This document shows, piece by piece, positions 18,164-26,451 of a stretch of DNA of 64,000 nucleotides. Position 1 is the first letter of the stretch, and each line of letters starts with the position of its first letter. Both the position numbers and the translations under genes were made by a program. Origin of the DNA: an uncultured Myxococcales bacterium. GTDB taxonomy: Bacteria; Myxococcota; B64-G9. The stretch is taken from the NCBI GenBank assembly GCA_964633205.1, contig CAZWFN010000013.1, positions 443 to 64,442 of the forward strand, in the 5' to 3' direction. The notes beneath the pieces are model-generated. The model did not search any database. It saw nothing but the letters and a program-made list of their open reading frames with translations, and was not told the DNA's origin.

Positions 18164-20128
18164 TCAGCTCCAAAGAACTCTCCCGGGACCGCTCGGCTGC
18201 TGTCCGGCCAGCCGCACCAAGCTGGTGGCCAGATCTTTCAGGTCGGGGTCGCTGCACTTCGGTCTCCGGTCGGCGACCAGGAAACCGGGCGTCTCGTCGC
18301 GGGCCGAGGCGGCGTGGTCGCCGCACCAGGCCTTGGGGTTGGGCACCAGGGCGTCACCGGTCGGTGCGCCGCCCAGGCTGGTCGCCCACGAGCTGCGCCA
18401 GCCCGGTGCGAAGGCGAGCTGCAGGTCCGGTGCCCGCTCGGCCAGCCCGGGCGCGGCCCGATCGGCCACCGGCTCGACCGCCCGAATCGGCTTGGCGCCC
18501 GTTGCGGGATCGCGCAGCGCCAGCAGCTTCTCGCGCAGGCGCGCCAGCAGTGCTTGCCGCGGTTTGCCCGCCGCCACCACCCCCTGCGACTCGCGGCCCC
18601 GCTGGTTGACATACAGCTGGCCGTTGCCCAAGGCGTAGGCCTGGGTGGCGGCCCAGTCCACAGCCCGCAGGAAGCGGATCTCGGCGCCGGCCTTTTCGCG
18701 CTTGAACAGACCCTGCTGCTCGAGCCAGGTGTTGACGTGCAGCATGCGCTCGAAGGGATGGAAGCCGTGGTCGGACATGACGATCAGGCGATCGTCCGGG
18801 CTCAGGCTGGCGGCCACCCGGCCGACGATGGCGTCCATCGCGCTGTAGACCCGGCGCAGGGGCCCGCCGTCCTCGCGCTCCAGCTCGCGGTAGAAGATGT
18901 GGGCCGCGCGATCGGTGCCGGTGAACACACCCACCTGTACCCGGGCCTGGCCGGCCGCCAGCTCGGCGAGCAGCAGCTCGGCGCGGGCGTGCATGGTGTC
19001 GAGCACCGCGTCGGCGAAGACCGATTTGGGCAGCACGCCGGCGTTGACCGCCGAGGTGTCGTGCACCCAGCCCACCGTGGGCAGACCGTGCTCGGCCACC
19101 GCCTGCACGGCCCAATCGCTGGGCCGACCGATGGTCATCGCCGGCTGGCCGGGATCGATCTGGATCGGCGAGGCGTAGAGCTCGAGCGAATCGCGCACCG
19201 CCAGCAGGTGGAAACGCACCCGGCCGGCCAGGGCGAAGCCCGGCGCCGAGAAGCGCACCGGGAACCAGTCGGAGCGCTGACCCTCGCTCAGGTGTGCCCG
19301 CTTGCCGCCCATGGCGATGGTCAGGCGGCCGGCCCGACGATCGATTTCGAGCTGCAGCGGCACGCGCAGATACTCCTTATCCGGACCGCGCGGGCCCTCG
19401 AGCGCGGTCTCCAGCTTGCTGCCCTGGGGTGCCAGCCGCACGATGCGGCCGCCGGCCACCCGATCGGAGGCACCGGTGGCGGCCGGTTCGGTGGTGAAGT
19501 GGGTGAAGGAGGAGTTGGTGAAGCGGCCGTCGGGCATGCCCAGGCCAGCCAGTACCCGGCCGTGGCGCAACCGGGGCGGGGGAAAGGCGTAGGGCATGAA
19601 CAGCAGGCCCACCGGTACCCCGGCCCGATCCAGCGCATCCCACCAGGCCGGCCCGATCCGATGCGAGGTCGCCTGGGGCGGGCGCACATCGCCGGGGCCG
19701 AAACGGGGGCCGCGGATGGTGTAGGGGGCGGTGCCCGGCAGGTAGGTGCGCGGGTCGCGTTTGATGAAGCCGAACACGCCGTGCTCGGACGGATCCCGCC
19801 CACTGGCGAAGGTCGACCAGGCCACCGGCGAGTTGGGCGGCGAGGTCGAGCCCAGGGCGCCCAGCCCGCCGCGTTCGGCCAGGGCCGCCAGGTGCGGCAG
19901 GTGGCCGCCGCCCATCCAGCGTTCGACCAAGCGGGGATCCACCCCATCGAAGCCCAGCACCACCACCCGGCCGCCGCCCGCGGTCGCGGCGGCGGCCGGC
20001 TTCGGGCCGCTGGCCGTCTTGCGCCCGCTGCTGCGGGCCGGTGGTTCGTCGTCCTGGCAGGCCGGCAGCAGGCCGGTGGCCAGCGCCGCTTTCAAGAAGG
20101 TCCGGCGATCGAAGCGCCAAGCGCTCAT
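18164..20128 (-). CDS. alkaline-phosphatase-superfamily protein (PF01663/NPP-like) with a Tat-type signal
   Basis: 'RRTFLKAALATGLLPAC', 'VVVLGFDGVDP', 'NSPVAWSTFASGRDPSEHGVFGF' and 'IVMSDHG'. Confidence 0.8.
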   Translation of the reverse strand: MSAWRFDRRTFLKAALATGLLPACQDDEPPARSSGRKTASGPKPAAAATAGGGRVVVLGFDGVDPRLVERWMGGGHLPHLAALAERGGLGALGSTSPPNSPVAWSTFASGRDPSEHGVFGFIKRDPRTYLPGTAPYTIRGPRFGPGDVRPPQATSHRIGPAWWDALDRAGVPVGLLFMPYAFPPPRLRHGRVLAGLGMPDGRFTNSSFTHFTTEPAATGASDRVAGGRIVRLAPQGSKLETALEGPRGPDKEYLRVPLQLEIDRRAGRLTIAMGGKRAHLSEGQRSDWFPVRFSAPGFALAGRVRFHLLAVRDSLELYASPIQIDPGQPAMTIGRPSDWAVQAVAEHGLPTVGWVHDTSAVNAGVLPKSVFADAVLDTMHARAELLLAELAAGQARVQVGVFTGTDRAAHIFYRELEREDGGPLRRVYSAMDAIVGRVAASLSPDDRLIVMSDHGFHPFERMLHVNTWLEQQGLFKREKAGAEIRFLRAVDWAATQAYALGNGQLYVNQRGRESQGVVAAGKPRQALLARLREKLLALRDPATGAKPIRAVEPVADRAAPGLAERAPDLQLAFAPGWRSSWATSLGGAPTGDALVPNPKAWCGDHAASARDETPGFLVADRRPKCSDPDLKDLATSLVRLAGQQPSGPGRVLWS

Positions 20129-20232
20129 GGCTTCGTTCTCCCCGCGCCAACCGGCTGGCCCCCGACCGCACGGGCGACGCGCAACTCGGCTATGGTAAGG
20201 TCCACCCCCGCGGCGGTCAAGCCGAGGCCGCG

Positions 20233-21423
20233 GTGAACCCGTGCAGCGATCGGGCTTTCTTGACCGAATCGCTTACCTGGTCTAAGGTTGCGGCGGGTTA
20301 CCGGCTCGATTTGACGACCGTTGGAGGTACTGGCTTGGCGGCCGAGGAACGGAAACAGCGTGCCGAATGGTCGCGTTTGCTGCGCTGGTTCGTGCGCGGG
20401 GCCATCAGCCTGGGGCTGATCGCTTTTCTGCTGGCGCACACCGATCTGGAGCGGGCGGCGTACTGGTTGACCCGCCTGGATCCGTGGTGGCTGCTGCTGG
20501 CGGTGGCCATCAAGGGCACCGGAATCCTGGCCGGCATCGTGCGCTGGAAGCTGCTGCTCGACGGCCAGCAACTGCGGCTGCCGCTGGCCAACCTGGGCGG
20601 CGCCTATCTGATCGGGCGCTTCTTCGGATCGTTTTTGCCCTCGACCATCGGACTCGATGCCTACCGCACCTACTATGCGTCGGTGCGCACCCGCCAGGTG
20701 GCCCGCAGCGTGGCGGTCACCGTGGTCGAGAAGGTGATCGGCCTGTTCGCCCTGTCCGGGCTGGCCCTGGCCGCCATCCCCTTCGGCCTGCGCCTGTTGC
20801 CGCACGACGTCTTGTGGCTGCTCGGCCTGGCCATGTGCGTGCCCATCGGGGCCTCGGCGCTGGTGTTGTTGTGGCCCGGCCTTTTTCTGCGCTTGGCCGG
20901 CTGGCTGCAAGGACGCGGCCGCAAGCTGGTCGGCGGGCTGGCCCGGATGAGCGAGGCGGTGGGGCAGTTCGGCCGCCAGCGCGGGCGCCTGTTGCTGGCC
21001 ACCTTGCTGGGCTTCGTCGTCCACGGTGCCACCGCTTCGATGTACGTGGCCACCGCCCGGGCGGTGGGGGCGGATGTCCAGGCGACCGAGATCCTGTTCA
21101 TCGGTCCACTGATGGTCGCGGCCACCCTGGTACCGGTGTCGATCGCCGGCATCGGTGTGCGCGAGGGCACCTACGTGTTCTTTCTGGCGGCCGTTGGTGT
21201 GCCCACCGAGCAGGCCGCTCTGCTGGGTTTTCTCGGTTTTTTGGCCGGTGAGATCTACAGCCTGATCGGCGGTGCGGTCTGGTTGCTCAAGCCGGCGGCG
21301 CGGCCCGACTCGGACGACCGGTTGGTAGCGGTGATCCGGCGGGCTGCCGCCTGGGCGCGGCGGCGCGGGCCCGGGCCGGCGGTCGAGGCCGAGCCGCCGG
21401 CCGGACCGGGAGTTGGATCGTGA
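20233..21423 (+). CDS. flippase-like membrane protein (lysylphosphatidylglycerol-synthase TM domain, UPF0104)
   Basis: 'LLLAVAIKGTGILAGIVRWKLLL' and 'YLIGRFFGSFLPSTIGLDAYR'. The start is uncertain; GTG 20233 was chosen. Confidence 0.7.
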   Translation: MNPCSDRAFLTESLTWSKVAAGYRLDLTTVGGTGLAAEERKQRAEWSRLLRWFVRGAISLGLIAFLLAHTDLERAAYWLTRLDPWWLLLAVAIKGTGILAGIVRWKLLLDGQQLRLPLANLGGAYLIGRFFGSFLPSTIGLDAYRTYYASVRTRQVARSVAVTVVEKVIGLFALSGLALAAIPFGLRLLPHDVLWLLGLAMCVPIGASALVLLWPGLFLRLAGWLQGRGRKLVGGLARMSEAVGQFGRQRGRLLLATLLGFVVHGATASMYVATARAVGADVQATEILFIGPLMVAATLVPVSIAGIGVREGTYVFFLAAVGVPTEQAALLGFLGFLAGEIYSLIGGAVWLLKPAARPDSDDRLVAVIRRAAAWARRRGPGPAVEAEPPAGPGVGS

Positions 21424-23396
21424 GAGACATGCGCACCGCAAACACCGCTCAGCTGTTGCTGGCGCCCGCCGCTTGCGCCGGTCTGTGCCTGGGGTTGCTG
21501 GGCCTGCTGGAGTCTTTCTACGTGGCCCCGTTCCGGCTCGCCACCCAGTGGTATGGGTTCGGCCTCTACGGCCTGCTGGGCCTGGGGCTGGGCCTCGGTT
21601 GGGGCCTGCTGTTCGGCGGCCGGGCCCGCCGGCGCGATTTCGGCCTGTTGCGGCTGACCGCCCAGGCCGCCGCCTGGCCCACCTTCGGCCTGGCTGCCGT
21701 GGTGGCCGGTTTTTTGGTCTGGCGCGATCTGTGGGCTGAGTCGATCGGCGGCGCCGGGCTGGGCGGCTGGCTGGCCATGCTGGGGGTGCCGGTGGGGGCA
21801 GCCGTGTTGGCCTTGCTGGCCCGCGAGCTGAGCCGGGTGGTGGTCGGCCGGGCCCGGCGCTGGGCGCTGATCGTGTTGCTGCTGGCGCTGCCGGGCGTGC
21901 TGCTGGCCCGGTGGATCGAGGGCGGCGGCGTCGCTGCGCCGCAGCCGGCCAGCAGCGCCGGCGCCGACCGGCGCCCGCCGGTGGTGGTGGTGGTGGCCGA
22001 TGCCCTGCGCGCCGACGTGATCGGGGCTTACGGTGACGCCGCCGGCGACACGCCCAACCTGGACGCCTTCGCCCGCGATGCGGTGCTGTTCGAGGAGGCC
22101 TGGACAGCCTCGACCTGGACCCGACCAGCGGTGGCCTCGATCATGACCGGGCAGCTGCCGGCCGTGCACAAGACCATGCACAAGGCGGACCGGCTTCCGG
22201 AGGGGCTGCCCACGCTGGCCGGCCTGCTGCGCGGCCACGGCTACACCACCCTGGGCTCGGTGACCAACGTCAACCTGGCGCCCGAGTTCGGCCTCGGCCG
22301 CGGCTTCGACGCCTGGGGTTATCTGGCGCCGCGGACCCAGCTGGGCGCACCCGACGGCGGCCGGCGGTTGTTCTTGGTCGAGCTGTGGCGGCTGGCCCGG
22401 TTGCGGTTTCTGCCGGGCCAGCGCGAGGTGGAAGACTACTACGCCCCGGGCGGACGGATCAACGCCCAGGCCCGCGAGTTGATCGCGCCGCTGATCGAGG
22501 CCGAGCGGCCCTTCTTCGCTTACTTGCACTACATGGAGACCCACGATCCCTTCTTCGCCCACCCGGTGACCGGTCACGCCATCGCCCGGGTCGAGCAGCC
22601 CGACCCGCCGCTCGAGTTGGCCGACGAGATGCGCGACCTGTATCGCCAGGAGCTGCGGCACTGGGATGGGGTGCTGGGCGAGCTGCTGGACTGGTGCAAA
22701 CAGCAGGGGCTCTACGATCGGGCTCTGATCGTGGTCACCTCCGATCACGGCGAGGAGTTCGCCGATCACGGGCACTTCTGGCATGGCACAAGCCTGTACC
22801 GCGAGCTGGTGCGGGTGCCGCTGCTGATCCGCTTTCCGGGCGGAGCCGGGGCGGGCAGCCGGCGCAGCGATTCCGTCTCGCTGATCGACCTGCTGCCGAC
22901 CGCGCTGCGCGCTACCGGGCTCGATCCGCCCGCGGGCCTGTCCGGAAGGGCGTTGCGGCCGAAACCGATCGTGCCGGCCGCCTTGCCGGAGGCCCTGCCG
23001 GAGGTCCTGCTGGAGGCCACGGCCACCGTGGTCGGCGACGACGGCGAGGCGCCGGCCGTGGCCGACGCTCCGCGCCCGCCGGCGCGACCGCTGTTCGCCG
23101 CGCTCGACCACCAGGGCTGCGTGCTGCAGGCGGTGCGCCTGGATGATTGGAAGCTGATCCTGGCCAACCCGGACAACCCCCGCGGGCTGGCTCCGACCGA
23201 GCTGTACCAGCTGGCCCGCGATCCGGCCGAGCGGCACAACATGGCCGACTCCCGGCCGCAGCAGGTGGAGCGCTTGCAGCAGGTGCTGCAGGCCGGCGCC
23301 CAGCGGGCGGCCGCCGCGCCGGAGGTCCAGCCGGAACAGGTCGAGGTCGACGACTCCACGGCCGAGCAGCTGCGGTCGCTGGGGTATACGGAGTAG
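21420..23396 (+). CDS. membrane-anchored sulfatase-fold (PF00884-like) hydrolase/transferase with a Thr in the nucleophile position
   Basis: About 170-aa multi-TM N-terminus. 'VVVVVADALRADV', 'TASTWTRPAVASIMTG' and 'VVTSDHGEEF'. Ends in '...LRSLGYTE'. GTGA overlap with the previous gene. Confidence 0.8.
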   Translation: MRDMRTANTAQLLLAPAACAGLCLGLLGLLESFYVAPFRLATQWYGFGLYGLLGLGLGLGWGLLFGGRARRRDFGLLRLTAQAAAWPTFGLAAVVAGFLVWRDLWAESIGGAGLGGWLAMLGVPVGAAVLALLARELSRVVVGRARRWALIVLLLALPGVLLARWIEGGGVAAPQPASSAGADRRPPVVVVVADALRADVIGAYGDAAGDTPNLDAFARDAVLFEEAWTASTWTRPAVASIMTGQLPAVHKTMHKADRLPEGLPTLAGLLRGHGYTTLGSVTNVNLAPEFGLGRGFDAWGYLAPRTQLGAPDGGRRLFLVELWRLARLRFLPGQREVEDYYAPGGRINAQARELIAPLIEAERPFFAYLHYMETHDPFFAHPVTGHAIARVEQPDPPLELADEMRDLYRQELRHWDGVLGELLDWCKQQGLYDRALIVVTSDHGEEFADHGHFWHGTSLYRELVRVPLLIRFPGGAGAGSRRSDSVSLIDLLPTALRATGLDPPAGLSGRALRPKPIVPAALPEALPEVLLEATATVVGDDGEAPAVADAPRPPARPLFAALDHQGCVLQAVRLDDWKLILANPDNPRGLAPTELYQLARDPAERHNMADSRPQQVERLQQVLQAGAQRAAAAPEVQPEQVEVDDSTAEQLRSLGYTE

Positions 23397-23598
23397 CACC
23401 GCAGGTAACGCGGCACCAGAGGCTCTACTTCGCGGACGGAGGCATGCAAGGTTGACCCGTTTGTTCAAATCGAGCCGACTCGAGAGCCTCTAGCACCGCA
23501 GCAGACGCGGCACCAGAGGCTCTACTTCGCGGACGGAGGCATGCAAGGTTGACCCGTTTGTTCAAATCGAGCCGACTCGAGAGCCTCTAGCACCGCAG
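23394..23598. repeat. 97-bp tandem direct repeat, 2.1 copies, in an intergenic region
   Basis: The units start at 23394, 23491 and 23588 (partial). Copies 1 and 2 are identical except for 4 nt (gtaa versus caga). Each unit carries the 9-bp inverted repeat AGAGGCTCT...AGAGCCTCT. Confidence 0.9.
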
Positions 23599-23608
23599 GA
23601 CGATCGAG

Positions 23609-25294
23609 GTGCGCGTCCGCCGGCTGCTGATCGTGGGCTGGGATGGTGCCGAGCCGTCCCTGGTCGGGCCCATGCTGGCCCGGGGCCGGCTGCCCAACCT
23701 GGCCCGACTGCGGGAACAGGGCGCGGCCGGGCGCTTGCGCACCTGCCAACCCGATTCCTCCCTGGCCGCCTGGACCGCGGCGCTGACCGGTCTCGGCCCC
23801 GGGCGTCACGGGTTGATCGACTTCGTCCGCCGGCCCACCGGCAGCTATCGCTTGCAGCTGGTCGATGCCCGCCAGCGCCTGGTGCCGACCCTGTTGGCCC
23901 AGGCGGCCCGCGCCGGCCGCCGGGTGGCCGCACTGGGCGTGCCCGGCACCTGGCCGCCCGAGCCCGAACCCCAGCTGAGCATCGCCGGCTTCGATTCCCC
24001 CCTGGCCACCCGGGCGGCAGCCGCGGCATACCGCCCTGCCGGACTGTACACCGCCCTGGCTCGAGCGGGGTTGAGCTGGCCCTATGGCGGTATCGACGAG
24101 CTGGCGGTCGGGCCGGGTTGGCACCTGCAGGCCGAGCGCGTGCTGCACGCCAACCTGCGCCAGAAACGGCGCCTGATCCGCTGGCTCGATGGTTGCGATC
24201 CGGTGGATCTGCTGTGGGTCGTCTTTTCCGAGAGCGACACCGCGGCCCATCACTTCTGGGCCTTCTCCGATCCGCGCTCGCCGCGCCACCGGCGGGTGCC
24301 GGCGCTGACCGACGCGCTGGAGCGCATCTACATGGCCCTGGACGAGGCGCTGGGCGAGCTGTTGGCCGGGTTGGCTCCGGGGGGCACGGCGTTGGTGATG
24401 TCCGACCACGGCGCCTGCGGCGCCGCTGCCGTGGAGGTGTATGTCAACCGCTGGCTGGCCGCGCGGGGGTGGCTGCGTTTTGCCGGGGGCCGCCGGCTGG
24501 TTGCCCGGCTGGCGGGCGGGTTGCGGGACCGGGCCGGCCGCCGGCTGCCGGCCGTGGTCAAGCAGGCCATCCTGCGCAGCCGGCTGGCCGGGATGGCGCT
24601 GGGTGTGGACGGGCTGGCGCGTTTCGGTGGCCTGGATCTGGAACACAGCCGCGCTTTCTGCGATGAGCTGCCCCAGAACCCGGGCATCTGGATCCACCGC
24701 CGCGATCGCGATCCGGCCGGGCCGGTCGCCCCCGGGCCGACTTACGAGGCGCTGCGCGACGCCATCACCGCGGCCCTGCTGCAATGGCGGGATCCGCTGA
24801 GCGGCCGAGCGGTGGTGGCCCGGGTGCGCCGCCGCGAGGAGGTCTTGAGCGGACCGGCGGTGGAGCGGGCGCCGGATCTGATGCTCGAGTTGGCGCGGTG
24901 GGACGGCTACCGCCTGGTGGCGGCCGCCAGCGGCGGCCGCCCGGGCCCGGCGCTGCACCGTCTGGCCGCCCCGGGGCACACCGCCGGCAAGGGCAGTGGG
25001 ACCTCGGGGGCCCATGCAGCGGAGGGCATCCTGGTGGCGGCCGGGCCCCAGGTCGCCGCCGGCGCTGCGCTGGCCGCCGCCCGCATCGAGGACATCGGCC
25101 CGACTGCGCTGCGTCTGTTGGGCCTGGAGCCGCCGGCCGGATTGGACGGCACCGTGATGCACCAGCTGGCGTCTCAGCCGGCAGCGGAGGCGGCACCGGC
25201 GCTGGAGATCGAGCCGGGCACGACCAGGTCAGCCGCCGGCGCTGCCGGCCGGGCGGCGGTGCGCCGCCGGCTGGAACGGCTGGGCTACCTATGA
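23609..25294 (+). CDS. alkaline-phosphatase-superfamily protein (NPP-like) with no signal peptide
   Basis: 'LLIVGWDGAEPSLV', 'SSLAAWTAALTGLGPGRHGLIDF' and 'LVMSDHG'. Ends in '...LERLGYL'. GTG start. Confidence 0.75.
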   Translation: MRVRRLLIVGWDGAEPSLVGPMLARGRLPNLARLREQGAAGRLRTCQPDSSLAAWTAALTGLGPGRHGLIDFVRRPTGSYRLQLVDARQRLVPTLLAQAARAGRRVAALGVPGTWPPEPEPQLSIAGFDSPLATRAAAAAYRPAGLYTALARAGLSWPYGGIDELAVGPGWHLQAERVLHANLRQKRRLIRWLDGCDPVDLLWVVFSESDTAAHHFWAFSDPRSPRHRRVPALTDALERIYMALDEALGELLAGLAPGGTALVMSDHGACGAAAVEVYVNRWLAARGWLRFAGGRRLVARLAGGLRDRAGRRLPAVVKQAILRSRLAGMALGVDGLARFGGLDLEHSRAFCDELPQNPGIWIHRRDRDPAGPVAPGPTYEALRDAITAALLQWRDPLSGRAVVARVRRREEVLSGPAVERAPDLMLELARWDGYRLVAAASGGRPGPALHRLAAPGHTAGKGSGTSGAHAAEGILVAAGPQVAAGAALAAARIEDIGPTALRLLGLEPPAGLDGTVMHQLASQPAAEAAPALEIEPGTTRSAAGAAGRAAVRRRLERLGYL

Positions 25295-26451
25295 CCGCCG
25301 TTCACCTTGTGGCCATGGTGGCCGCCTGCCCCTACCCCAGCGGCCAGGGCACCCAGGCGCTGATCGGCGAGCTGGCCCGCGGCATGGTGGCCCGGGGTCA
25401 CCGGGTGCACCTGATCTGCTATGCGCACGGAGGGCTGGCGCGCCGGGAGCCGTTCACCATCCACCGGGCCTGGCCGGTTCCCGGCTACCGGCGCTTGCGC
25501 GCCGGCCCCGACCCGGTCAAGCCGCTGCTGGATCTGGGGGTGGCCTGGCGGACCGCGGCCGTGGTCCAAGGTTGTGGCTGCTCGCTGATCCACGCCCACA
25601 ACTACGAGGGGGCGCTGGCCGGCTGGTTGGCGGCGCGCAGCACCGGGATGCCTCTGCTCTACCACGCCCACAACCTGATGCAGGACGAGCTGCCGCGTTA
25701 CTTTCGGCACTCTGGTGCGCGCGCCGCGGCGCGCCGGTTGGGCTGGGCGCTGGACCGCAGCGTGCCGCGCCTGGCCGACCGGGTGCTGGCCCTGCACGCG
25801 CCCATGGCCGAGGCCTTGCAGCGCTGTGGCGTGCGGGCGGATCGACTGCGGGTGGTGGCGCCGGGCATCGACACGGCGGCCTGGACGCTGGACGGTGGCG
25901 GCGAACGGGCCGGGGCGGGCTTGCGGGTGGCTTACTGCGGCAACCTGGACGCTTACCAGGAACTGGATCTGTTGTTCGCCGCCATGCGGCTGGTGGTGGC
26001 TGCGCTGCCCGGGGCGGAGCTGGTGCTGGCCACGCCCAACCCCCTGGCCGAGGCGCGCGCCATGGCGCGACGCGGCGGAGCCGGCGCCTTCACCCGGGTG
26101 GTGGCGGCGGCCGACCCGGCCGCCACCCGCCGGGCGCTGGCCGGCTGTGCACTGGCGGTCTGTGCGCGCAGCTCGCCCTCCGGTTTTCCGCTCAAGAACC
26201 TCAATGCCGCTGCGGCCGGACTGCCGCTGGTGGTCTGCCGCGGCGCCGCCCACGGCTTTGCCCACGGCCGCAGCGCAGTGGTGGTGGCCGACGGCGATGC
26301 CGCGGCCATGGCGCAGGCCATCACCGAACTCTTGCGTCAACCGCAGCGGCGGGCCAAGCTGGGAAGGGCGGGCCGGGCGCTGATCCGGGCGCGTTACACG
26401 CGCGAACGCATGTGCCGCGAGGTGGAAGAGGAATGGGACGCGTTGGGCTGA
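25291..26451 (+). CDS. GT4/GT1-family glycosyltransferase
   Basis: ATGA overlap with the upstream gene. 'CPYPSGQGTQALIGELARGMVARGHRVHLI' and the C-terminal 'PSGFPLKNLNAAAAGLPLVV' retaining-GT motif. Confidence 0.8.
   Translation: MTAVHLVAMVAACPYPSGQGTQALIGELARGMVARGHRVHLICYAHGGLARREPFTIHRAWPVPGYRRLRAGPDPVKPLLDLGVAWRTAAVVQGCGCSLIHAHNYEGALAGWLAARSTGMPLLYHAHNLMQDELPRYFRHSGARAAARRLGWALDRSVPRLADRVLALHAPMAEALQRCGVRADRLRVVAPGIDTAAWTLDGGGERAGAGLRVAYCGNLDAYQELDLLFAAMRLVVAALPGAELVLATPNPLAEARAMARRGGAGAFTRVVAAADPAATRRALAGCALAVCARSSPSGFPLKNLNAAAAGLPLVVCRGAAHGFAHGRSAVVVADGDAAAMAQAITELLRQPQRRAKLGRAGRALIRARYTRERMCREVEEEWDALG

Noticed and set aside
23410-23490. A tRNA-like element inside the 97-bp repeat. 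It has a 7-bp 'acceptor' pairing that encloses exactly 72 nt, and a GTTTG-TTCAAAT-CGAGC T-arm-like hairpin.
   Set aside because: The T-arm is offset by 8 nt from where it must sit relative to the acceptor pairing. No D-arm or anticodon arm can be drawn. It is not a tRNA gene and is at most a distant remnant.
23394-23598. The repeat considered as a CRISPR array.
   Set aside because: The units are directly abutting 97-bp copies with no unique spacers, there are only 2.1 copies, and no cas genes are present.
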